From the NCBI GenBank assembly GCA_037447435.1, contig JBBIGR010000041.1:1-49425 (forward strand): DNA of 49,425 nucleotides. Reading direction: 5' to 3'. This stretch comes from Fibrobacteria bacterium. GTDB lineage: Bacteria; Fibrobacterota; Chitinivibrionia; Chitinivibrionales; FEN-1185. The notes beneath the pieces are model-generated. The model was not told where the DNA came from. It ran no database searches and saw only the letters and a program-made list of their open reading frames with translations. This document shows, one piece after another, positions 1 to 7,587 of the stretch. Each line of letters starts with the position of its first letter. Position 1 is the stretch's first letter. The position numbers and the translations under genes are program-made.

Positions 1-1
1 C

Positions 2-463
2 AATACACACAATTAAAAACAAAAAACTGTAAACATTTTTTAGGACTTGACCATCCGCGACCTGATGAAAAACCCCAAAATCCCCTGCCAGCCAGATATT
101 TTCGTTTTTATCAAGCTTCATCGACCAGGCGGGATAGGGTGCCCAGTGCAAGGGAACGAGCGTATCTTTTTGAACTATAAAAACGCCGGCATAATACGAC
201 GAAGCCAAAAATGTCCCTCGTTCCGAAGAAAAAGCCAACGATCGAAACGGAAAATGGGCAAAGCGGGCCACACGGGTAACACGCGAAGGCTTTGCGGGAT
301 TAAAGGAAAATATCCCCTGTTCCGATGTCGAGAAATAAATGGAATCGTTGTGTTGCTTGATTGAATAGATCCAATTGCCGGGCACTTCGAAATAAGTGCG
401 GCTGGGAACCCCGCATGAAAAAAGAACGGCGCAGAGCAAAAGGATAAGAAGTGATTTTTTCAT
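2..463 (-). CDS. Putative lipoprotein with beta-propeller-like repeats; partial, runs off the window start
   Basis: Translated by hand (absent from the ORF track because no stop lies inside the window): MKKSLLILLLCAVLFSC-GVPSRTYFEVPGNWIYSIKQHNDSIYFSTSEQGIFSF...WSMKLDKNENIWLAGDFGVF. Signal peptide with lipobox Cys; IYFST..GIF and IWLAG..GVF resemble propeller blades. Alternative ATG at 469. Confidence 0.7.
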   Translation of the reverse strand, partial: MKKSLLILLLCAVLFSCGVPSRTYFEVPGNWIYSIKQHNDSIYFSTSEQGIFSFNPAKPSRVTRVARFAHFPFRSLAFSSERGTFLASSYYAGVFIVQKDTLVPLHWAPYPAWSMKLDKNENIWLAGDFGVFHQVADGQVLKNVYSFLFLIVCI

Positions 464-521
464 CCTCATTAAAATACCATGCAGCAAATCTCCGAGGCAT
501 GAAAATAGACAATTTACTTTC

Positions 522-549
522 TTGACAATGCCGGCAATTGCAGTTTAAT
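522..549 (+). promoter_or_regulatory. Putative sigma70 promoter for the 599-1471 gene
   Basis: TTGACA at 522-527, 16-nt spacer, TTTAAT at 544-549, in a divergent intergenic region. Confidence 0.4.
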
Positions 550-598
550 TTACCATATAGGTATATCCGGTTTTAAACCTTTGTCCCAAGGAGCTCGT

Positions 599-1471
599 AT
601 GAGATCCAGACGTTTTACCGTTCTTGTCGTTATGCTTTGTTCGGCCATCGCAACATTGACTATTAGTTGCGGAGTCAGCTCGAAAAAGCTTGAGGCAGCC
701 GAAAAGCAAATCGAGGCTTTAAAACAGCAGGGCGTTGCCGACAGTTTGCTGAGCGAGGCGCGAGTGCTTCTTGTACAGGCAAAAACGGCAAAACAATTGG
801 GAAACGGATCCGGGGCCAAGTCAAACTATGATTCTTTGGAATCCTTGCTTTCCAAAGCAGCATCAAAATTCGGTTCCGCGACCGCAGAGCTGAAACCCCA
901 GGTGGAAGCGATACGACAATCGGTTGCGCAAAAGAAGCTCGGCTTAACCGGAATGCATTTGAAAGAAGCCGACAGTCTCATCGCGGCACTCGATGTAATC
1001 ATTGCCAAAAACGATTGGCCGTCGGCAAAGGAACAAGCCGTAAGCCTGGATACTGCGATCAATTTGCTGATTAAAAATGAGCAATTATCAAAAGAGATCA
1101 AGCCGAAACTCGTCGGCTTATGGACAAATACGACAAAACATAAGGAAGAAGGCGTCAATGCGATAGAAAAGAAAACTTTTGTATTTTCAAAAGACGGAAA
1201 GGTTTCCATTTCCGAAGAAATGAACGGCCAGACCAATCCGTCGCTGAAAGAAGACTGGAAATTCCAGTCCCAAGGCACGTACGATGTCAAAGGCGACACG
1301 GTCTTCATGTTTATTTCCCACGAAAAATGCCTCAAGCAAACCTATCAAAACCTCAAGGGAAAAACCTGGGTGAAAAAAGACATGCCGACCTATGATTCGA
1401 CCATTACAAACGGCAAAAAAGACCGCTACATGGCCTTTGATTATATTAAAGAAACATTCCAAAAAAAATAA
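599..1471 (+). CDS. Hypothetical lipoprotein (helical/coiled-coil N-half, lipocalin-like beta-rich C-half)
   Basis: ATG at 599 follows AAGGAG; signal MRSRRFTVLVVMLCSAIATLTISC; Ala/Lys/Glu-rich helical part; KLVGLW...GTYDVKGDTV resembles lipocalin-like domains. Confidence 0.75.
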   Translation: MRSRRFTVLVVMLCSAIATLTISCGVSSKKLEAAEKQIEALKQQGVADSLLSEARVLLVQAKTAKQLGNGSGAKSNYDSLESLLSKAASKFGSATAELKPQVEAIRQSVAQKKLGLTGMHLKEADSLIAALDVIIAKNDWPSAKEQAVSLDTAINLLIKNEQLSKEIKPKLVGLWTNTTKHKEEGVNAIEKKTFVFSKDGKVSISEEMNGQTNPSLKEDWKFQSQGTYDVKGDTVFMFISHEKCLKQTYQNLKGKTWVKKDMPTYDSTITNGKKDRYMAFDYIKETFQKK

Positions 1472-1505
1472 ACCCAAATTCGATGGTACGAAAAGCTTTC
1501 GGTAT

Positions 1506-1533
1506 AAGGCAGGTATTTATTTCCTGCCTTTTT
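1506..1533 (+). terminator. Intrinsic terminator
   Basis: AAGGCAGG-9 nt-CCTGCCTT followed by T residues, about 35 nt after the stop codon. Confidence 0.7.
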
Positions 1534-1610
1534 AATTCCCGATTACGAAAATTCATGAGCGATTTTAATACCGCTAATTGTCTAATGAGTAGAAACGAAA
1601 TTGCGATGCT

Positions 1611-2102
1611 ATGAATTCAAGCAACACTGCTGCGAAAACGCTGTATGAGCAGTACGGTTTTTTAATTTACCGGACCTGTTTACGCATCCTATGCTCCGAG
1701 CATGATGCCAAAGACGCGTTGCAAACCGTTTTTTGCAAGTTATTGGAACAGTATGATTCCATACGGGATAAGGAACGAATGGTTCCCTGGATTTTTAATG
1801 CGGCAAAGAACCATTGCTATAATGTCATCCGGTTCAATAAAAAATTTCTGGACAAAATCGAATCCGACGAAATCGGAACAACCGACGGGGCCGATGAAAA
1901 AATTTCGGCTCGTGAAATAATCAGGATCGCATTCAAAAACACCGACGCCAAAATACGGGATGCGGTTTATTATACCTATGTCGAGCAATTCGATCAAAAG
2001 GAAATACAAAAACTTACGGGCCAATCGCCGGCTACAATCCGAAGAAACCTGAAGCGATTTAAAGACAGTTTGCCTGCAATCAGAAAAAGGCTGGAACTAT
2101 GA
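1611..2102 (+). CDS. ECF (sigma70 group 4) RNA polymerase sigma factor
   Basis: 163 aa; region 2 LYEQYGFLIYRTCLRILCSEHDAKDALQTVF...WIFNAAKNHCYN; region 4 HTH QKEIQKLTGQSPATIRRNLKR. Confidence 0.92.
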   Translation: MNSSNTAAKTLYEQYGFLIYRTCLRILCSEHDAKDALQTVFCKLLEQYDSIRDKERMVPWIFNAAKNHCYNVIRFNKKFLDKIESDEIGTTDGADEKISAREIIRIAFKNTDAKIRDAVYYTYVEQFDQKEIQKLTGQSPATIRRNLKRFKDSLPAIRKRLEL

Positions 2103-2872
2103 CAAACGGACATGTCTTTGACAAAATAGATCTCATGGAATATGTCACCAACTCCTGCGACGACAAAAAACGCACGGCAATAGAACTCCATTGCAGACAA
2201 TGCCCGCAGTGCGCACGATTTTGCCGGGAATATGCCCGGGAGAACGACGGGTTTTTAAACGCATTGCCGTTCGAATCGACGATCGCCGGACTGGGGACCA
2301 TTCAGGAATCGACAACCGTTTTGCGGTTCCGAAAACACGGGAGAAAGCCGTGGCTTTTTGCCCTTGCTGCTTCGCTCATTCTTACCGTGGCGACGTTTCG
2401 CGTTTTGCAAACGTCCTCGCCAGTCGTTTCCAATCAAATAAAAGGCGAAACCGGCATTACGGTGTATGTCCAAAACAATGCGGGACATGTTGAAAAACGC
2501 GACAACAAGGTGTTTTTCACGCATGAAAAAATCCAGTTCTTGTATACCTGTGCAGGATATAACAATCTCATATTGCTCGGAATGGACACAAGCGGAACCG
2601 TGACGATTTATTATCCGGTCATGCAGGACAGTTCCTATACCGCGGAATCCGGAGCCGCTATTCCGCTCCCCAACAGCATTTTGCTCGACGACTATGTCGG
2701 GCCGGAATTGTTTTTAGCGGTGTTTTCAAAAGCGCGGTTAAAGGTGAGCGATATTCAAAACCAATGCATATCACATTACAAACAAACGCATGATATCGCG
2801 TCAATAAAAATTTCCGGTGAAAACACGATCTTTTGCCCCTATCTTTGTACCGTGCACAGGAAAACGCAGTGA
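2099..2872 (+). CDS. Zinc-binding (ZAS) transmembrane anti-sigma factor with a DUF4384-like extracytoplasmic domain
   Basis: HCRQCPQC fits HxxxCxxC; single TM PWLFALAASLILTVATF; C-terminal domain with GTVTIYYP and LPNSILLDDYVGPELFLAVFS; ATGA overlap with the sigma gene. Confidence 0.85.
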   Translation: MTNGHVFDKIDLMEYVTNSCDDKKRTAIELHCRQCPQCARFCREYARENDGFLNALPFESTIAGLGTIQESTTVLRFRKHGRKPWLFALAASLILTVATFRVLQTSSPVVSNQIKGETGITVYVQNNAGHVEKRDNKVFFTHEKIQFLYTCAGYNNLILLGMDTSGTVTIYYPVMQDSSYTAESGAAIPLPNSILLDDYVGPELFLAVFSKARLKVSDIQNQCISHYKQTHDIASIKISGENTIFCPYLCTVHRKTQ

Positions 2873-4620
2873 AACGGTTTCTTTTTCCTCTAATTATGCT
2901 TATGAGCATGGGTGCCGGTGAAACCTTTGCTGCGCGCTATGCATTATTGGTCGGCAATGATTTTGCCCAGGGAAATTTCGCCCAACTTAAATATGTAGAC
3001 AACGACCTCAAATTGCTTAAAGATATTCTGTCGAATTACTGCGGTTTCGACAAGCAGCATATACAGACCCTCTATAACGGCTCGCCGCAGGACATGGACA
3101 AATCATTGAATTCGATTTCAACCGCAATGGCCACTACCAAAGACAATATGTTCTTGCTGTATTACTCCGGCCATGCCGACCAAAACAATTTAAAAATGGG
3201 AAACAACGATTATCCGTTGGTCGCATTGAAGCAAAAGCTGTCTTCGTTTCCCTCGGATATGCGTATCGGCGTGTTCGATGCCTGTCAAAGCGGCAGCTTC
3301 ACCAGAATCAAGGGAGGCAAACTCGACGACCCGTTTCTTTTCATCGACGACGGCAAAACAAAGGGCCAGGTCATTCTCTGTTCCAGCTCGATAAACGAAA
3401 ACGCACAGGAATCCGATGCATTGGAGAATTCGGTTTTCACCTTTCATTTTGTCAACGCCCTTCGCGGCAGCGCCGACATCTCGGGAGACAAACGGGTCAC
3501 CCTTTCCGAAGCCTATCAGTATTCCTACGATCATACCATTTCGAGTACCGCCGGATCGGCAGGCGGCGTCCAACATCCTTCTTATCAGTTCAGAATTCAA
3601 GGGGAGGGAGACATTGTTCTGGCCGATTTGAACAGTACGTCGCAAGGCATTGTCCTCAATCCCGACGTGAGCGGCGACATAACCATATTCAATGCGAACA
3701 ACAATGTCGTCGCCGATTTGAATAAAACAAAGAACTCGGCACCGCTTATTGCGTTGGGGCCGGGCCAATACCGTATTGTCAATAGTCGTTCCGACCGCAA
3801 ATACCAGTCGACCGTTTCCATATCGGGCAACGCCGTTGCAAAAGTTTCGAGCCGCGATTTCGAAATTATAAGCGACCATTTGGGCAGAAAAAAAGGGCTT
3901 TTCAACCAACGGGCTTTTCAACTCGGCCTCAGCATTGCTCCGACTATCGCCGCATTCGATTTCTCGTCCTTGGCAAACGGCTTATCCCGATCATTCGCCG
4001 CCTACAGCGTTTATTCCATGTATCCTACGTTTACAATTCCAAAAACCGTACCGTTTATACAAGGGAATTTAGACATTTTGATTCGCAACCACTTTTTTGT
4101 TTCTTTGGGATACGCGGAATTTGAAAACGGATCGCAGGGGTCATTTACGGGCAGTCGGTTTTCGCCAAACGAAAATACGCCGTACCCCGTTTCGCTGAGT
4201 GCAAACTACAGCCTTGCCGTTTCCTCGATCGAATTATTGACAGGTTATAAATTCCAGGAAAGTTTTTTTAAAAATGCGTATCTGGGTCTTGGGGTTATGC
4301 GATACGATGTGAAGCTCTCGGTCAGTTCAAAAATGTCGGATTCGCTTTTCACTGTTTCCGGTACCGCAAACACCCGGTTAAACGGCTATTTGGTAACGCC
4401 TTTTCTCGCGGGCGGCTATTGCTATCCGGTTTTTCCTTTTTGCGATATAGGAATAAAAATGCAGTACCGGATTCAACAAGGCTCTGCCGCATTATCGGGT
4501 CCGGTCTCAAGCGAAACAGCTGGGTCGTCGCAGAAATTATCCGATATCCGTTTTAATTTCAGCGGTTTCGATGCGAATATTTTTCTCAATATGCACTTCA
4601 CGCTGAACAGACCGGAGTAA
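2869..4620 (+). CDS. Exported caspase-family (peptidase C14) protein with a C-terminal beta-strand-rich, outer-membrane-barrel-like domain
   Basis: GTG start at 2869 overlaps the upstream TGA; signal peptide MKRFLFPLIMLMSMGAGETFA; ARYALLVGND, YYSGHAD (His codon 3172) and DACQSG (Cys codon 3283); amphipathic strands ending FSGFDANIFLNMHF. Confidence 0.88.
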   Translation: MKRFLFPLIMLMSMGAGETFAARYALLVGNDFAQGNFAQLKYVDNDLKLLKDILSNYCGFDKQHIQTLYNGSPQDMDKSLNSISTAMATTKDNMFLLYYSGHADQNNLKMGNNDYPLVALKQKLSSFPSDMRIGVFDACQSGSFTRIKGGKLDDPFLFIDDGKTKGQVILCSSSINENAQESDALENSVFTFHFVNALRGSADISGDKRVTLSEAYQYSYDHTISSTAGSAGGVQHPSYQFRIQGEGDIVLADLNSTSQGIVLNPDVSGDITIFNANNNVVADLNKTKNSAPLIALGPGQYRIVNSRSDRKYQSTVSISGNAVAKVSSRDFEIISDHLGRKKGLFNQRAFQLGLSIAPTIAAFDFSSLANGLSRSFAAYSVYSMYPTFTIPKTVPFIQGNLDILIRNHFFVSLGYAEFENGSQGSFTGSRFSPNENTPYPVSLSANYSLAVSSIELLTGYKFQESFFKNAYLGLGVMRYDVKLSVSSKMSDSLFTVSGTANTRLNGYLVTPFLAGGYCYPVFPFCDIGIKMQYRIQQGSAALSGPVSSETAGSSQKLSDIRFNFSGFDANIFLNMHFTLNRPE

Positions 4621-4625
4621 TACAC

Positions 4626-5378
4626 ATGAAAAATACGGGCGTTTTGTTATTTATTTTCAGCATGGCGTGGCTCATCGGCTGTTCGAACCTTTCCAATCCG
4701 TACACCGGCACAACAGCCGAAGAACCGGATTTTCCAAGAACACCAAGCATACTCCCCTTATCAAAGGGAAATTCATGGGAATATTCTCTTACCGCCTACG
4801 ACTCTATCGGCAACCAAACGCATTTCCTGAAAAGCATCGGCATAAACAGGCAATACGGGTTACAAAACGACACGCATCTGGTGTTGCTTACCATGGGCAA
4901 TTACCGGGATTCCTTTGCATCATACGCCTATCAATATGAATTCGAAAATCAAAACCACGGGTTCATCATCGTATACCGCGACCTTTATCCGATGGATCAA
5001 CGCGGCGTGTACCGGATCGGTACCTATAACAACTTCGATTCGTCAATGCAGATTTTTCCGCAGGAACAATTGTGGCTTTCCTATCCTTCGGTAACGGGAA
5101 AAAAGTGGACGTTCAAAGAAAACCCGCTGGTGGATTCATCGACCGAAATTTCAGTGGAAGTGGTAAGCACAAACGAGCGTTTTACGACGCTTTTGCCGGG
5201 ATCAAGCGCGGGAATTGAAGCCTATGATTCCTGCTACCTATATAAGCAGACTTTGGGCAACACGATTTCCTATTATTATTTCAATCACAATGTCGGTTGC
5301 CTCGGTTTTTTACAATACGAAAACGGGGCTTTGCGGCAAACGTATATATTGAACGCATCGCTCATTTTCGGCAAATGA
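4626..5378 (+). CDS. Hypothetical beta-rich lipoprotein
   Basis: Signal with lipobox LIGC; LPLSKGNSWEYS motif; starts 5 nt after the caspase gene. Confidence 0.75.
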   Translation: MKNTGVLLFIFSMAWLIGCSNLSNPYTGTTAEEPDFPRTPSILPLSKGNSWEYSLTAYDSIGNQTHFLKSIGINRQYGLQNDTHLVLLTMGNYRDSFASYAYQYEFENQNHGFIIVYRDLYPMDQRGVYRIGTYNNFDSSMQIFPQEQLWLSYPSVTGKKWTFKENPLVDSSTEISVEVVSTNERFTTLLPGSSAGIEAYDSCYLYKQTLGNTISYYYFNHNVGCLGFLQYENGALRQTYILNASLIFGK

Positions 5379-5386
5379 GCCCAACC

Positions 5387-6145
5387 TTATATCAACGTCG
5401 GTTCGTCGAGAAATACTGACCTGATCCCGAATTGCTTTTCCAGATGCCTGCCCAATGCCTTGACGCCCAGGGTTTCCGAATGATAATGCCCCAAATACAA
5501 AACATTCAATGAACCTTCAAGCGCCGCGTGATGGTTCCAATGCGACGATTCGCCGGTAATGAAACAATCGATGTTTTTATCGATCGCCTCGCCCATCGCA
5601 TCCGACCCGCCGCCCGAAACAACGGCAATCGAGCGGATTTTCTTTTTTCCAAACGCAAGTTTCGAATAGGTTCCCTGCAATCGTTTCGAATAAAACCCGC
5701 CGAGTTCGTCTATGGTCATAGGTGCGCAAAGCGATGCTTCAAATCCTATCATGGCGCCGTGGTAGGCGCCGAAGGGTTTGATGTCGGTTGCGTTCAGCAT
5801 GTTTACCAGTAAGATATTGTTGCCGAATACCGGATGCATATCGAGCGGCAAATGCGCCGCATACAAATTCAGGTTCTGTTTTATCAAATACGCGACCTGG
5901 GCGTGCACGGCTTTGGTAATGCTTGTGAGGCCGGTCCAAATCATGCCGTGATGAACTAGAAGCATCTGGCATTTTTTTTGCACCGCTTTTTTATACGTTG
6001 CCATGCACGCGTCGACTGCCAACCCCACGGCCGAAACCGCGTCGGCCCCTTGCACCTGTAAACCGTTGCAGGACGCGTCCTTTATGGTTTCGATCTCAAG
6101 CAACGGATTCAAATAGGCGATTATCTCGTCGCGCATGACCGGCAT
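5387..6145 (-). CDS. Nif3-like dinuclear metal centre protein (DUF34/YbgI family)
   Basis: NGLQVQG, LLVHHG, YAAHLPLDMHP..GNN, GHYHSE motifs; ATG at 6145 follows AAAGGAG. Confidence 0.92.
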   Translation of the reverse strand: MPVMRDEIIAYLNPLLEIETIKDASCNGLQVQGADAVSAVGLAVDACMATYKKAVQKKCQMLLVHHGMIWTGLTSITKAVHAQVAYLIKQNLNLYAAHLPLDMHPVFGNNILLVNMLNATDIKPFGAYHGAMIGFEASLCAPMTIDELGGFYSKRLQGTYSKLAFGKKKIRSIAVVSGGGSDAMGEAIDKNIDCFITGESSHWNHHAALEGSLNVLYLGHYHSETLGVKALGRHLEKQFGIRSVFLDEPTLI

Positions 6146-6159
6146 TATTTCTCCTTTGT

Positions 6160-7258
6160 TCACTGGAAATTCAGCAAATAGGCTTCGATGAACATGTCGA
6201 TGTCGCCGTCCAATACTCCAAGGGCGTTCGACGTTTCCACGTCGGTTCTATGGTCTTTTACCATATTGTACGGATGCAGGACATAGGACCGTATCTGGCT
6301 TCCCCATTCGATTTTCTTTTTCTCGATGGCCTTGTCCTGGCGTTTTTTCTCCTCTGCTTCCTTATAAAATTGTTTGACGCGCGATTTGAGGATTTTTATG
6401 GCAACTTCCCGGTTTTTAAGCTGAGACCGTTCGTTTTGGCATGCAACCACGATATTGGTCGGAATATGGGTCATTCGCACCGCAGAATCGGTTTTATTGA
6501 CATGCTGGCCGCCGGCACCGCTTGCGCGATACGTGTCCACGCGGATATCTTTCTCATCCAGCACGAAATCATCGTCGTTTTCTATAATCGGATAGGTATA
6601 TACGGACGCAAAGGAAGTATGGCGCCGGGCATTTGAATCGAACGGCGAAATGCGGACGAGCCGATGCACGCCGGCCTCTGCCTTCAGATGCCCGAAAACG
6701 TAATCGCCCTTGACTTCTATGGTCACGCTTTTGAGGCCTGCGCCGTCGCCAGGTTGACTATCAAGAACAGAGTACTGATACCCTTTCTTTTCCATCCACA
6801 TGCAGTACATGCGGAAAAGCATGTCGCACCAATCGCAACTTTCGGTTCCGCCCGCGCCACTGTGAATGGTGAGTATTGCCGGGCTGTTATCGTCTTCTCC
6901 CGACAGTTTCCTCACGAATTCGAGGTTGGTCACTTCTTTTTCTATTTTATTGGCCTGATCAAGCAGTTCGGCAGTAACGCCGGAGTCATTGTCGTCCTGC
7001 GACAGGGCGAACAACTCCAGCAAATCTTCGCAGTCTTTTTTTGTCTTGTCCCAGAGGGTGATGACGTCACGCAGGTTTTTAATTGCTTTTAGAGTAACCT
7101 GGGCTTTTTCATTGTCGCTCCAAAAGCCTTCTTTTCCTGTGTCAAGTTCATGATCGGTGAGTTCCTTCTTTTTTTGATCGATGTCAAAGATACCCCCGAA
7201 GGTTATCGACGCGTGCGGAAATTTCCAATAGTCTGTTTTTGTCGAGCTTTTCTGCCAT
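6160..7258 (-). CDS. prfB: Peptide chain release factor 2, expressed through a programmed +1 frameshift
   Basis: 24-codon first frame MAEKLDKNRLLEISARVDNLRGYL ends CTT TGA C (7189-7183); +1 frame continues DIDQKKKEL...FWSDNEKAQ; SPF and GGQ motifs; AAAGGAG RBS. Confidence 0.97.
7183..7197 (-). promoter_or_regulatory. prfB +1 frameshift site (internal SD-like run plus CTT TGA C)
   Basis: Minus strand reads GGGGG TAT CTT TGA C. Confidence 0.95.
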
Positions 7259-7385
7259 TTTCGCGTATCTCCTTTAATTTTTTTCCATTTTTTTAGTAGT
7301 TGTATTAAAATACGTTTATTTTGCTTTTAATACATTAACTTCTTGATATGCATAATGATTTGATGGTACAATTCCAGAAAAGGCT

Positions 7386-7431
7386 ATACCACATCTTGGA
7401 ATCTAAGCAAAGGGTATACCATATATTGTGT
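7386..7431 (+). promoter_or_regulatory. Tandem NrdR boxes
   Basis: ATACCACATCTTGGAA (7386-7401) and ATACCATATATTGTGT (7416-7431) compared with consensus acaCwAtATaTwGtgt; 30 bp start to start; upstream of an RNR gene. Confidence 0.85.
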
Positions 7432-7450
7432 ATTTTATTGTTTTTTCATC

Positions 7451-7479
7451 TTGACCATTTAAGATTCAGCGCATATTTT
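7451..7479 (+). promoter_or_regulatory. Putative sigma70 promoter of nrdJ
   Basis: TTGACC-17 nt-TATTTT just downstream of the NrdR boxes. Confidence 0.5.
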
Positions 7480-7587
7480 TAAAATTACGCCCTTCATTTT
7501 TACGTACTACTTAAACAGGGCTCACCATTTTGAGCTATATCGAACATTATTAATAAAAATTGCATTCGCCATAAGGAGCAAGAAGAC

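Noticed and set aside
47..512. Track ORFs 47..364 (+) and 300..512 (-)
   Set aside because: They overlap the better-supported minus-strand lipoprotein frame (2-463) and show no recognisable motifs.
1611..5378. CRISPR-associated or anti-phage role for the caspase-sigma operon
   Set aside because: No cas genes, arrays, CARF/SAVED, gasdermin or NLR-like partners are in the window, and the protease appears to be exported.
6160..7258. prfB as a truncated gene or pseudogene
   Set aside because: The in-frame TGA lies in the canonical programmed frameshift context.
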